A DNA stretch of 64,000 bases from Thermoplasmatota archaeon (GTDB lineage Archaea; Thermoplasmatota; E2; DHVEG-1): positions 9,839 through 73,838 of the forward strand of contig JAFGML010000039.1 in the NCBI GenBank assembly GCA_016927555.1, written 5' to 3'. Below the pieces are notes generated by a model. That model was given only the letters and a program-made list of their open reading frames with translations, had not been told where the DNA came from and ran no database searches. A program made the position numbers and the translations under genes. Below are positions 19,547-30,600 of this stretch, piece by piece. Numbering within the stretch: the first letter of the stretch is position 1; the number at the start of each line of letters is the position of its first letter.

Positions 19547-20101
19547 TCACAGAGGAACCTCTCGTAGGATGGTATAGATAGGTCCTTGTCCGGTCAGCTC
19601 ACTTTTCTTCAGTGCGATGCTGTGTACCTCTTGTGTGGTGAATTCCATGGTGCTATAGCGTTCGAGTACTTTGAGGAGCTGGTCTTTCTTCTGTGCTGTT
19701 TTCATGCGACCGATGGTGAGATGTGGTGAGAATCCTTTTTTCTCCTTTGGAAAGCCAAGGGGTTCCAGATGGTGGTCTATAGCCTGAGCAAGAGTAGAGC
19801 TGTGACCGTCATCTACGATGCCTATCCAGAGGACTTTGATGTAGTTCTGATTCGGGAAGACGCCCGTGCCTTTCAGGGTGAGGGTAAATGGTTTGATTCC
19901 TTGGACTGCAGAAGTCATGGCTTGTTCGATGACGGGAATTTGGTCTTCCTCTGTATCTCCAAGGAATTTCATGGTGATGTGAATGTTGTGTGGCTCAACA
20001 AGTTTCACGTCAGCACCAATGCGTGCTATCTCTTCTTCAAAGGCGAGAATCTGAGGGGTAGCCTTGATGTCAAAAGCAATGAATCCTCGAAAGATGGCCA
20101 T
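19547..20101 (-). CDS. thpR: RNA 2',3'-cyclic phosphodiesterase (2'-5' RNA ligase, 2H family)
   Basis: Two HxT motifs (HITMKFLG, PHLTIGR), GPIY; start moved to ATG 20101 behind GGAGG. Confidence 0.94.
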   Translation of the reverse strand: MAIFRGFIAFDIKATPQILAFEEEIARIGADVKLVEPHNIHITMKFLGDTEEDQIPVIEQAMTSAVQGIKPFTLTLKGTGVFPNQNYIKVLWIGIVDDGHSSTLAQAIDHHLEPLGFPKEKKGFSPHLTIGRMKTAQKKDQLLKVLERYSTMEFTTQEVHSIALKKSELTGQGPIYTILREVPL

Positions 20102-20185
20102 AGTGTCCTCCAACGAACAGCGATTACATCAGCTTCCTCTTTATTATAGTCTTTCATGTGAGAATAAAAAAGGGGATAAATGTTT

Positions 20186-21019
20186 TCACTCGGTTAGGTC
20201 AATGCCGTACACCGTCTGAGGGTTCTCCACGTGAATGATGTGTGCCTGGTGATCAGTCATGAGATGGTGTGCAAGCAGGGTGCTGGTGAGTTTTGGAACT
20301 GTTTTGGGTCCAAGCACCGCCCCTGGGCGTTTGGGGTCGTCAATGTAATCAGTTTCCATCAGGAACCGTGTCCCCTTCTGTAACGCTGCGATAATGTTGT
20401 TTTTACTCGCAAGCACCGATGGCATCAACCCAGAGTTTTCCTCCCGTGTAATCAGTGGTGGTGAAAAATGTTTGACGATTTGCTCTGGGCGTAACCCCAC
20501 AGCGGCCCCCATGTCCACGAGTTCTTTGCAGAGCTCTGGTGTGGTGCTCTCTGTGTGCAACACCACTGGGACTCCAACATCCTTTGCTTGTGCCATCCCA
20601 TACTTGAGGATCTCATTGGAGTCTGCTATGACCTGGTCATCGACAGGGAAATGCGGCCGTCCGATTTCTCCCATGGCGATGCAGTGGCCTTGTGAACACA
20701 ACTCTGCTGCTTCATCCATTCCTTTTTTCATCATCGCAATAGTTTTCTCTCTACCAAAGGTCTCTTGAAGGGTGAGCAGGTCGACGGGGTACGGGCCTAC
20801 CACGACGAACACTACGACGTTTACAGCGGTTCGAATGTCTTCTGCGAGGCGGAGGGTCTGTGTGTAACACGCCTGGTAGCTCTGCTCTTGTGCCACCAAC
20901 GTAGGCATCGGGTACTGGCAGAGGACCAGATGAGTCCCACCTGCCTTCTGAAATTCTCGTACCGCGTCCAGACAACGTCCGTCTCTGCGGAGATGCAGAT
21001 GGTTTTCAAAGATGATCAC
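20186..21019 (-). CDS. tatD: TatD-family metal-dependent hydrolase
   Basis: NHLH, GEIGRPHF, VLHTE, KHF, METDYIDDPKRPGAVLGP; GTG start with GAGG. Confidence 0.88.
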   Translation of the reverse strand: MIIFENHLHLRRDGRCLDAVREFQKAGGTHLVLCQYPMPTLVAQEQSYQACYTQTLRLAEDIRTAVNVVVFVVVGPYPVDLLTLQETFGREKTIAMMKKGMDEAAELCSQGHCIAMGEIGRPHFPVDDQVIADSNEILKYGMAQAKDVGVPVVLHTESTTPELCKELVDMGAAVGLRPEQIVKHFSPPLITREENSGLMPSVLASKNNIIAALQKGTRFLMETDYIDDPKRPGAVLGPKTVPKLTSTLLAHHLMTDHQAHIIHVENPQTVYGIDLTE

Positions 21020-21084
21020 TGGTATAACCTCTGTGCAGAGTGAAAGGAGACGATACTATAAAAAGATAGAGAGTCGCACAGATG

Positions 21085-21381
21085 TTATAGTTCTACATTG
21101 ACCTCATTGCGACATTTCTTTTTCCCAGCAACCACATTCAGAACATCTTTTGCCAGGATCCAACCCATGTACCCCATGAAGAAGGTAAAGAACCCTACGA
21201 TGCTGTAAATGACAATATTTTTCAGTGACTCAGTTCCATCCTGGATCATTACAATCAGTGTTCCGGCTGCCAGGTAGCAGACGATGAGGACGACGATATA
21301 GTGAACACCGCTGAACTGAAATGAAATGGGAGGGAGGCTGAATCGTGTTTTCCTCTTCACCATCTTGTGTCCTTGACTCAT
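21085..21381 (-). CDS. Small two-TM membrane protein (start 21381 or 21363)
   Basis: Only the 3' half of the 185-aa ORF looks protein-like (two hydrophobic helices); the upstream extension looks non-coding. Confidence 0.55.
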   Translation of the reverse strand: MSQGHKMVKRKTRFSLPPISFQFSGVHYIVVLIVCYLAAGTLIVMIQDGTESLKNIVIYSIVGFFTFFMGYMGWILAKDVLNVVAGKKKCRNEVNVEL

Positions 21382-21771
21382 TGTTGGTTGGATATCTTCT
21401 TGCCTCTCGCAGTAAACAGTCTGTTGTGGAAGCGACACACCCAGCGTGTAAAGAGTCTCTCGTCGTCTTCGATAGTCGTTCCTCATGTGGATGCAGTGGT
21501 GTCGTGAAAACGACGGTGATGTGGGGAGCATCCGGAGCACTGTGTTTTTTGTCTGCAGGTTGCGCGAGAGTATTTTATTGCTGATTTTTCTCCTTAGCAC
21601 CGGTCTTCCTCCTACTGAAACGATATTACTGAGTGATCCCAAAAAAGCAATAGGTGGATGCTATAAAAGCTTGTTTTGTAGCTAGCTATGCAACTGTGGT
21701 GCAGCTCATTATCCTGTCAACGTGCAGCTCTGTATGCACCTACATGCTCGACCATGTATCCCCGGCTGGTG

Positions 21772-22965
21772 TTAGGTATCAGAAATGATACTAATGATAT
21801 CGCCATCTTGGAGTTGATGGTCAGCGCCAATGACGCGGTGCGTCCGTGCATCAATGGCTCGAATGAAGTGATCACCAAGGTCGGTGTGAACCTTGTAGGC
21901 CAGGTCTTTGGCGGTCGTCCCCCGGGGAACCAAGTGTGCATCTGGTAGCACACGTCCTTCTTTATCGGTGAGATGGTGTTCGTCTTCGACAGGGTACACG
22001 ACGATGAGGTCAAGCAGACGGACTGCTTCGTCGATACACCGCTGCACGCCAGTCGAGCCGTACTTGGCTAGCACATGGGTCTTGATGTACTCCAGTGCGT
22101 TTAGTTGTTGCGCGGAGAGGTGCTCCTTTTTCATGACGTTGAAATCATTTCCCCCGGGTGTGTAATCTACAATTCCTTTTTCAGCAGCATTGGTGAGCGC
22201 AAGTTCACTTTCTGCACTCGTGGGAATGACGATGTAGCCTTTGAGTTCGTTCATCTTCTGCATCAGGTTCTCTGGTGCTTTGTCACACTTGTTGAACGCT
22301 ATGATGATTGGTTTGCTGATGGAGCGAACGTAGTTGGTCAGACTGAACAGTTCGTCATCAGTCCACTGTGCTGGTTTCTCTATATCAATGGCACCTTTCC
22401 GTATCGCCGCGGTGACGTGCTCCTCACGGATCCCAAGACCTGTAAGCTGCTCAGCAAGCATTTTCTCTATTTTTTTTCCCTCCAGCTCGCATCGCCGTGC
22501 GATAATCTCCCAGCTTTTTTTGATGATGCCAAAGAGCCAGTAGTTGATTTCTTTTTCAAGAAACGTCACATCGAGGAGTGGATCATGGCTGCCAGTGTCG
22601 CAGGGATTTCCTTCAGCGTCAGTGCTCCCTGAGGCATCGACAATATGAATCAATGCGTGGGCTTGCCGAAGATCATCGAGAAACTTATTCCCCAGCCCTT
22701 TGCCTTTGTGGGCATCAGGGACTAGGCCGGCGACGTCAATGGCTTCTATGGGGACAAAGCGTATGCCGTTCACACAGCGTGAGTTGCGCGGGGTACAGGT
22801 GACCTTTGCATCTTGGCAAGGACAGCGTTTACGGATGTACATCACCCCCCGGTTTGCCTCAATGGTGGTAAACGGGTAGTTTGCGATCTCAGCATGAGCT
22901 TTGGTCGCAGCGTTGAAAAACGTGGATTTCCCCACATTTGGTTTTCCAACAATACCAAGTTGCAT
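21772..22965 (-). CDS. ychF: YchF/Ola1 Obg-family ATPase/GTPase
   Basis: GKPNVGKST, ANYPFTTI, DVAGLV, GLGNKFLDDLR, NKCD, C-terminal TGS domain. Confidence 0.96.
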   Translation of the reverse strand: MQLGIVGKPNVGKSTFFNAATKAHAEIANYPFTTIEANRGVMYIRKRCPCQDAKVTCTPRNSRCVNGIRFVPIEAIDVAGLVPDAHKGKGLGNKFLDDLRQAHALIHIVDASGSTDAEGNPCDTGSHDPLLDVTFLEKEINYWLFGIIKKSWEIIARRCELEGKKIEKMLAEQLTGLGIREEHVTAAIRKGAIDIEKPAQWTDDELFSLTNYVRSISKPIIIAFNKCDKAPENLMQKMNELKGYIVIPTSAESELALTNAAEKGIVDYTPGGNDFNVMKKEHLSAQQLNALEYIKTHVLAKYGSTGVQRCIDEAVRLLDLIVVYPVEDEHHLTDKEGRVLPDAHLVPRGTTAKDLAYKVHTDLGDHFIRAIDARTHRVIGADHQLQDGDIISIISDT

Positions 22966-22970
22966 GTCTC

Positions 22971-23894
22971 TTACTCCAAGAGTCCTTTTACCTCGTCGAC
23001 AACATCGACATCGCTCTCAAAGCGTTTCACCTTTTCACGGGCCGCTTCCCTCTGTTTATCCTGAAAGGCGACTCCTTTTCTCCCCAGCAGCGTTCCGCGG
23101 ACCTGAGCGGTTTTTGAGAGCAGGATTTCTTCACCGGAGATGTTGCCACTAATTTGAACATCATCAGTGATATTAATGTTCCCAGTAGCGGTAATACCTC
23201 CATGGATTTTTACTTTGTGTTGGCACAAGACGTTCCCTGTTGCCCGTACAGCACCTATGAGTTCTGAGTGCTTTCCAATGATGACATTTCCCTTGACATC
23301 GTAGTTACCAACTACGGTGCATTGTGAGCCAACGTGGAGGTTTCCCTCTACCTTTGAGGTAATGTTACTGATGATGGAGTTATTGGGTATGAACAGGAAC
23401 GTTTCAGAAATAGGAATGGTTTCCCCCTGGCTGTCTTCGAGTTCTTCAAGGATACGCTCGATTTCTTCACTTCTGCCAAGCTTCAACAACTGCATGAGAT
23501 ATATAAAAATATATATAATGGTGGGGATGGAACTGCGAATATTGATCCAGCCTTTCGCTTCAAACCCTTGGTCGATTTCAACGCTATCACCCACATCCAA
23601 ATCACCTGTGAGAGACAGCTTTCCTTTTATCCGGGCTTTTTCCCCAAGGAAGACATTCCCGCCGCTTTGTATGTTGCCACCAATAGCGGAAAAGACGTCA
23701 ACACGAACGTCATGTGCCGCCTCAAGGGTCCCATCGATAATCACATGTTCTCCAACAAAAATTCGCCCATCCGTCCGTACCCCATAACGTACGATACATC
23801 GGTCGCTGATAATCACATCTCCTGTGGTGATAATCATTTTTTCTTGAAAAGATGTATGATCCGGTACAACCAGCGTTCTTCTATCAAAAGTCAT
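22971..23894 (-). CDS. Polymer-forming cytoskeletal (bactofilin-like) beta-helix repeat protein
   Basis: Repeated (I/V)xG(N/D)(I/V/L) units in two blocks split by a helical segment; likely ATG 23894 behind GGAG. Confidence 0.75.
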   Translation of the reverse strand: MTFDRRTLVVPDHTSFQEKMIITTGDVIISDRCIVRYGVRTDGRIFVGEHVIIDGTLEAAHDVRVDVFSAIGGNIQSGGNVFLGEKARIKGKLSLTGDLDVGDSVEIDQGFEAKGWINIRSSIPTIIYIFIYLMQLLKLGRSEEIERILEELEDSQGETIPISETFLFIPNNSIISNITSKVEGNLHVGSQCTVVGNYDVKGNVIIGKHSELIGAVRATGNVLCQHKVKIHGGITATGNINITDDVQISGNISGEEILLSKTAQVRGTLLGRKGVAFQDKQREAAREKVKRFESDVDVVDEVKGLLE

Positions 23895-24041
23895 TACTCC
23901 AGCGGAATCCACTGGTGTGTTATAAAACCAACGGCGACACACTACTGAAGAAGAAAAACATTGATATATCCACGATGTATACCTCGATAAACATTCCTTA
24001 AGGACGCTTGACTGCGCGCTCATCTACAGGGAGCTTTATTT

Positions 24042-26111
24042 ATGGAGTCAAATCACACAGAAACACCCGGTGAACATAACACACAAGAAAAAGAGATACT
24101 GCCTCCTATTGATAAGTGGATTGAGACAATTTCGTTTACCACCACAGAGGAAATAAAAGTCCCTGAGCTCCTTCTAGATCAAGTCATTGGACAGGAACAA
24201 GCAGTCGCGATCGTACGCAAGGCCGCAGAGCAGAAACGACACGTGATGCTCATTGGAGACCCTGGAACAGGGAAATCCATGATTGCTCGTGCGATGACTG
24301 AGTTTCTCCCAAAAGGTGAGCTTGAGGATATTATTGTCTATCCGAATAACGAGGATAACAACACACCAACCATCCGGGTTGTCCCCGCGGGGAAAGCCCA
24401 TGGGATCATCAAGGCGCAACGGGAAGAAGCAAAGCGAAAAGTCGAACAACAAAACAGTATGATCCTTGGTATTGTCTTGCTCATCGTGACGTTATCGCTC
24501 ATCGGGGCGATGATCTCTGGTCACATCGAGTACGCTGTCTTTGGTGTCATTGCTGCAGTCATGGTGTATTTAATTGTCGCACGAGGCGGGTTTTCTCAGC
24601 GACGTGAACTCCAGATGATTCCCAAACTCCTCGTCTCCCATGAGAAGAACGAATCCCCGCCATTCATTGATGCTACCGCTGCGCACTCTGGAGCCTTGCT
24701 TGGTGATGTACGGCACGATCCGTTTCAATCAGCCGGGTTGGAAACACCACCGCATCAACTCGTTGAAGCAGGAGCGATCCACCGTGCCCATAAGGGCGTC
24801 CTGTACATCGATGAGATCAATACATTGAGTCTTCCGTCTCAACAGCATCTGCTCACCGCGATTCAAGAGAAGAAATTCCAGATTACCGGACAATCGGAGC
24901 GGAGTTTTGGTGCCATGGTGAAAACCGAGCCTGCCCCCTGTGATTTCATCTTGGTATCCGCAGGCAACCTGGACGCGTTGAATGGCATGCACCCTGCGTT
25001 GCGATCCCGTATCCGTGGGTATGGGTATGAAACCTATCTGCACAGTGTCATGGATGATACCCAGCAGAATCGAGAGAAACTGATACGTTTTGTTGCTCAA
25101 GAAGTCAAGAAAGATGGCAAAATCCATCATTTTGATAAGATGGCGGTTGCTGAGGTGATCCATGAGGCGCAACGACGGGCAGGCCGGAAAGGAAAACTGT
25201 CGTTACGACTCCGTGAGCTTGGCGGTCTCATTCGAGTTGCTGGTGACATCGCGTATGAACGAGGCGATAAACTGATTACCCCGCAGCACGTCATTGAGGC
25301 AAAACGCGTTGCCCGGTCCTTAGAACAACAAGTCGCTGATCGAGCGTTGGAGTCACAGAAGAGCTACCGCTCCTTTAGGACAACCGGTGTGGAGGTTGGT
25401 GTCGTCAACGGTCTTGCTGTCCACTCCGCTGATCCCTCCATGAGCGAATTCTCTGGTTTGGTCCTGCCTATCGTCGCTGAAGTGACTCCCGCAGGGTCTC
25501 AGTCGGAAGGAAAAGTGATTGCAACAGGAAAACTGGGAGATATTGCCAAAGAATCAGTACAAAATATCTCTGCGATTATCAAAAAATATATGGGGCGGGA
25601 CATCTCCAAGCACGACATTCACATCCAGTTCATCGGCACCTATGAAGGCGTGGAGGGTGACTCCGCGAGCATCTCGCTGATTACCGCGGTGATTTCAGCC
25701 ATGGAGAGTGTACCAGTGCGACAGGATGTCGCCATGACCGGGTCTATCAGTATCCGTGGTACGGTGCTTCCCATCGGCGGGGTGACCGCGAAGATAGAGG
25801 CGGCTGCTGAGGCAGGGATTAAAACCGTCCTGATTCCCAAAGCAAATTTAAATGATGTCCTCATCGAAGATAAATACAAGACACTGGTGGAAATCATCCC
25901 TGTTGAAACCTTAACAGATGTGTTACGCTCAGCATTAGTCGGGGAGGGAAAAGAGGACCTGTTACGGAAGTTAAAAGAGATGCGTCCTCCCAGGATTATC
26001 GGAAAAGTAGAACTGGAATCAGAACGCAAGGCACGCCCACCGCTCCCATCTGAGGACGATAAGAAAAAACGATACATCTCCGCTCCTGAGCAGAACGAGA
26101 CCAAGAGGTAA
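24042..26111 (+). CDS. lonB: Archaeal membrane-anchored ATP-dependent protease LonB
   Basis: DQVIGQE, Walker A GDPGTGKS, two TM helices, LYIDEI, catalytic GDSAS plus Lys (TAKIEAA); no intein. Confidence 0.97.
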   Translation: MESNHTETPGEHNTQEKEILPPIDKWIETISFTTTEEIKVPELLLDQVIGQEQAVAIVRKAAEQKRHVMLIGDPGTGKSMIARAMTEFLPKGELEDIIVYPNNEDNNTPTIRVVPAGKAHGIIKAQREEAKRKVEQQNSMILGIVLLIVTLSLIGAMISGHIEYAVFGVIAAVMVYLIVARGGFSQRRELQMIPKLLVSHEKNESPPFIDATAAHSGALLGDVRHDPFQSAGLETPPHQLVEAGAIHRAHKGVLYIDEINTLSLPSQQHLLTAIQEKKFQITGQSERSFGAMVKTEPAPCDFILVSAGNLDALNGMHPALRSRIRGYGYETYLHSVMDDTQQNREKLIRFVAQEVKKDGKIHHFDKMAVAEVIHEAQRRAGRKGKLSLRLRELGGLIRVAGDIAYERGDKLITPQHVIEAKRVARSLEQQVADRALESQKSYRSFRTTGVEVGVVNGLAVHSADPSMSEFSGLVLPIVAEVTPAGSQSEGKVIATGKLGDIAKESVQNISAIIKKYMGRDISKHDIHIQFIGTYEGVEGDSASISLITAVISAMESVPVRQDVAMTGSISIRGTVLPIGGVTAKIEAAAEAGIKTVLIPKANLNDVLIEDKYKTLVEIIPVETLTDVLRSALVGEGKEDLLRKLKEMRPPRIIGKVELESERKARPPLPSEDDKKKRYISAPEQNETKR

Positions 26112-26133
26112 AGTACCGTTGTGGTGCTGTGAG

Positions 26134-26634
26134 ATGAAGGCGTTGTTCATCGGTCGTTTTCAACCCTTTCATAATGGACATTTACTTGTCTTACAACACA
26201 TGAGTACAGAGTATGCTCAGATCATCATCGGCATCGGCTCATCCCAGTATCACCATACCATGGATAATCCTTTTTCAGATGAGGAACGACGACAGATGAT
26301 TGTAAAATCACTTGAGGCTGCAGGCATTCACTCCTATCGCCTGGTGTCGATTCCTGACATCCATGATCCACCTCGATGGGTGGACCACGTCTGTTCCCTG
26401 GTGTCTGACTTTGATGTTGTCATCGCGAATAATCCACTCACTCGGCAGTTATTTTCGGAGAAAGGGTACACAGTCAGAGGTACTCCATCTTTTCATCGTA
26501 CCCACTATTCGGGGAAAGAAATCCGGAGACGAATGGTGCATGGTGAATCGTGGCATGAGCTGGTTCCTGAGCCAGTGAGTCGTCTGATTCACTCCCTTGA
26601 TGGTGTCAAACGAGTGAAGAACCTCCAGCCGTAG
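26134..26634 (+). CDS. nadM: Nicotinamide-nucleotide adenylyltransferase
   Basis: MKALFIGRFQPFHNGH, GIGSSQ, NPFS..ER, SGKEIR. Confidence 0.95.
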   Translation: MKALFIGRFQPFHNGHLLVLQHMSTEYAQIIIGIGSSQYHHTMDNPFSDEERRQMIVKSLEAAGIHSYRLVSIPDIHDPPRWVDHVCSLVSDFDVVIANNPLTRQLFSEKGYTVRGTPSFHRTHYSGKEIRRRMVHGESWHELVPEPVSRLIHSLDGVKRVKNLQP

Positions 26635-26639
26635 TCTCG

Positions 26640-26667
26640 TTTTTTTGTTTGGGTTTTTTTTTTTTTT
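26640..26667 (+). terminator. Oligo-T terminator after lonB-nadM
   Basis: T7-G-T3-GGG-T14 just after the stop; followed by the TATA box TTTATATA of the next gene. Confidence 0.7.
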
Positions 26668-26718
26668 GATAAGAGTTGTACAGATATATTTATATAAAAA
26701 TAAGAGAACCACAGGATT

Positions 26719-27639
26719 ATGACACTGGTGAGACGAGAACAGGGTACGAAAATACATGTGTATCTAGAGCTCCTTCGGCCGTTTACCTTGCTTGCTCCTT
26801 TCATCGTCTCAAGTTGTGTGATAATAGCCGGCTTAGTGTCATCTGGGCGATCTGATCTGTCGTATCTCTCCCTTCTCAGTACCGTTCTCTCCGCTAGCCT
26901 CTGTTTCGTCTTGCTCAACGGAGCATCAAACGCGTTGAATCAAGCCACTGATTGGAGAGAAGATGCGCTGTCAAAACCCTACCGTCCAGTCCCACGCGGG
27001 CGTCTCTCAGTTCAGGAGGCGTACACGGTCTCGGTCATCTTGTATGGGACTGCCCTGCTCCTCTCCTTCACTGTGCATCTGCTCTTTAGTCTCTTTGTGG
27101 TATGTATCGCATGTTTTTCAATTACCTATTCGGTGCCGCCACGTATGAAAAGAATACTGCTGGTGAATCAGCTCTGGGTTGCTCTCCCCCGAGGCTTCCT
27201 TGGTATCGTAGGATCCTGGAGTGTGTTTGGAAATCCGTTTGATGCTCTTCCGCTAGCTATTGGTGGCATCGCTGCGCTCTTCCTCTTTGGTGGTACTGCC
27301 ACAAAGGATATCGTTGATGCAGAGGCTGACAGAGCAGCTGGGACAAGAACACTGGTCAATGTCTTTGGAGTAAAACCAACAGCCTGTGTCTCTGTCCTCT
27401 GCATGGTGAGTGCGTTTGGTCTGATTATCCCTCTCGTGTCTCTCCATATCCTGGCTGACTTCCTGTTACCACTGACCTTCCTCTGCTTCTTCAGTGTGCT
27501 CATCGGATGGTTAATGGTGAGAAATCACAGAAACACAACATGTGAGAACACCTCAGCGTGGACGTTGATGTATGCGACGTACTTTATTTTTGCTTTGAGT
27601 TTTGCTGTGTTTTCCATTTCTTTTTCTGTCGTAGCGTAG
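26719..27639 (+). CDS. UbiA-family prenyltransferase 1
   Basis: LLRPFTLLAP, NQATDWRED, KPYRPVPRG, YSVPP, KDIVDAEAD; multi-TM. Confidence 0.93.
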   Translation: MTLVRREQGTKIHVYLELLRPFTLLAPFIVSSCVIIAGLVSSGRSDLSYLSLLSTVLSASLCFVLLNGASNALNQATDWREDALSKPYRPVPRGRLSVQEAYTVSVILYGTALLLSFTVHLLFSLFVVCIACFSITYSVPPRMKRILLVNQLWVALPRGFLGIVGSWSVFGNPFDALPLAIGGIAALFLFGGTATKDIVDAEADRAAGTRTLVNVFGVKPTACVSVLCMVSAFGLIIPLVSLHILADFLLPLTFLCFFSVLIGWLMVRNHRNTTCENTSAWTLMYATYFIFALSFAVFSISFSVVA

Positions 27640-30600
27640 TCCTAACATCCGCTGCGAGGACACAGGTGACGATGATTGTTCCGATGAGGACTAGATAAAA
27701 CCCTGTGCTGAACCCCCAACTCGACTGTAGGGGGATGTCCTCATCACCGATGGAGACCGTGATGGTACCGTCACCGAAAACAGTGCCAAGGCTTGTCTCC
27801 GCAAGCTTCGTTGTGCCAAGATAGAATGAGAAGAGGATAACCAACAAGAGACACACAGCGACAAAACTCAACAGGAGCGCGTACGTTTTTTTCTGTGCTC
27901 TCTTAATGATAATGCCGATGCTTAAACTCACACAGACAAGTGTTGCGAGAGGAAACATAGCGCTGAGGAATGAGAGGAAGATGTCTGGTAGTTCTTCTGT
28001 GTCTAAAAACACACGGTCCTGGTATGTCGTCTGTTGAATCATGACCCCAGGGTTGATGTACATAGCGGTGTGTCGTTCTGCTGGTGGTGTCAGGCTGTCT
28101 CCATGGAACTGCCACCAGGGCTGGACGAAGGAGAAAGCGATCAGCAGAATCACAAGGCATTTTAACAGTGAGGAGACTGAAAATTTCTTTAAGAGTGTTA
28201 ACCCAAGAAAGAAGCAAAATAACCCGAAGAGAAACAGTGAAACCAGAAGGGATACCAAGGATTCGAGGGTCGTGACAAACGTCAGATGCCGATCGTTGGT
28301 TAACTCCAGGTCTTTTTCTCCGATGAGTTCTTCAGCACAGTAGGCTTGAATAGTGTATCGAGCCGGTGGCAGAGAAATAATTCTATCCTGCGTACGTGTA
28401 ACAGACAGTCCATCGCGAAGGACGACGAAGGTGATGCCCTCCTGGGTGACGACGTTTCCCTTCGAATCAAGCAAATCGATCGTCAGTTGAAAAGAGGCGG
28501 TAAACTCCATGCGGATATGGTCACTACTATTAGGAATCGTGACACGTTGAGTATCAATGAAATCACCATAGGTGAGTTGGAGGATGTACTCCCCGGCAGG
28601 GATGCGTTCAAACACGAATTGTCCCTCCCCACTGTCCGCGGGGGTGAGTTGAATGGCTCTCTGCTCTGAGGTAGTCAACAACATCGGTGTAACACTGACG
28701 CCTGGTGGAAGCCCAAGGGTGTCTGTTACAGTGATGGTAATGGTGTACAATTCCAAGGTGACATCTTCAGTGTATCTCTTCAAGGTTTGCTGGAGTTCTT
28801 TGTCATAGACGACGAAATCTTTGTACTCTGCGTGAACTGTGTAAGGATCTTGAGGGTTGTAGGGAACCTTTAGAAGAAGCTCTCCTGTACTCGGTGTTGT
28901 GTTGTCATCAAACAACACACCGTCTCTGTTGGTGACTGATCCGTGGATTCCTGGGATGCCGTTCCCCTGTTGGTCAAGGAAGAGTATAGTGATGGTGCGC
29001 TGCCACGTACACCTGACTATCACGGTTTTGTCCTTGTCCAGAACAACAACAGTTGCACCAGTGAACATTTTTGTGCTGTTCCCTCGTTTCCAGAAGACCT
29101 TGACGAGGTACTCCCCCTCGAGGGTTTCATAGAATGTTTTTGAAGCCCTCGTGAACACGCTCCGATTTGCAGCACCTGCGGCGATGAGCTGTCCTTCGCG
29201 GTGCAGCTCAATCCACATCACTGGAAAGAGGCGTGCAGTCAGGTTTGCTAACCGTGGAAATGACAGGTGTGTCCCGCCAAACCGTGTGATGACTGTTAGG
29301 TTATACTGGTGGAGTTGCCGTTCAAAGGGTGTGTCGCCAAACTGTGAGCGCGATTGAACCAGCGTCTGGTAGACTCGTGATTCATGTTGGACTGCTTCGT
29401 ACCCCCCATGCTCAGAGTAGTACACTTCTGCATTGAAGTTAACTACTAGGTCTGAAGGAATCATGATATCGTGACTTTGTCCAGGTTCGTAAGAGTTTCT
29501 GCCAAAGTTGATCGACGCGTAGTCTACTTCTGTTCCTAGGAAGTTGAAATACTCTTTTTCTGTCACTTTAATCTGGATGCCATCGTGTTCATCTGTCCCT
29601 GATGTGACGATTCCTTTGTTAGATGAGAAGATCACAGCAGACGCTTTCCCTGCTTTGCCGTCACCAGCGCATAGCCATGCTTCTGCGCCAAGGTCCTCAT
29701 CGTTTCTGAAGGGGATGATCCACTCACGGTCCTTTGTGGCAGGATCCTGGTTCATTTGATATTCCTTGATGATATCATTTTTATCGTAGAAATTCAGATA
29801 GGGGGGTATCTGACCGAAGTTGAGAGCATCGATGCTTGCGCTCTTCGATTTCAGTTGGATGATTGAGCCAAAACGTCCATCGATGTTCTCGATGCCTTCC
29901 ACGGTGGCCTCTTGGAGCATCTCATGCTTTACAGACACATCGATTTTCTTGTCGTCAACAGGGTAGTAGTAGTATTTATACAGCGCTGTTGTCCTGATAT
30001 CTTTCTTTTTTGATTCGCTGATGATGCCGAATTGCACCATCAGGTTTCCATCAACGAAGATTTTTTTATCAATGAACGTTTGATCTGAGGAGCTCTCATC
30101 TTTCTCTTTACTGCCGTAGTAATACGAGAAAGCAAAGGAGACAATCTGATCTGCTCCGAGGAGATCATAGGTGTGCGCTCCTTTCTTTTGTTTGACGACC
30201 ACCTGAGAAATAGATCGATCTAATAGATTTCCTTCTTGTCCTACCGCGTAGAGACAACAGCCGTCTTCTGTGACGCCGTAGTAGGTTGCTTGTGCTGAGA
30301 CATCAGGGAGCGGCGATGAGCTGTAGTACGCGTCTTTGACGCTGACATGGTCTGTGTACTGTACGCATGTGGTCTCGTGGTCATGGTAGTAGAGGAAGTA
30401 TCGTTCCGTTCCATCTGCGTAGGTCGGGATGAGGAAGACAACGTTGCATGCTGTTATGTGTGTCGGGTCGCTTGAGTCTGTTTTCAGGTTGTAGATCTGT
30501 GATTCTAGCTCATGCCATGCAGCGTGGTGCCAGCAGCAGATGCGGATCGATGTTCTGTTCTCATCTTCTGACCAGCATGGGTTTTCGAAGGTGATGCGAA

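Noticed and set aside
21382-21642. N-terminal extension of the 185-aa ORF
   Set aside because: TTG start and non-protein-like composition; likely promoter or UTR sequence.
24042-26111. Intein in lonB
   Set aside because: Length is normal and there are no splice-junction or endonuclease motifs.
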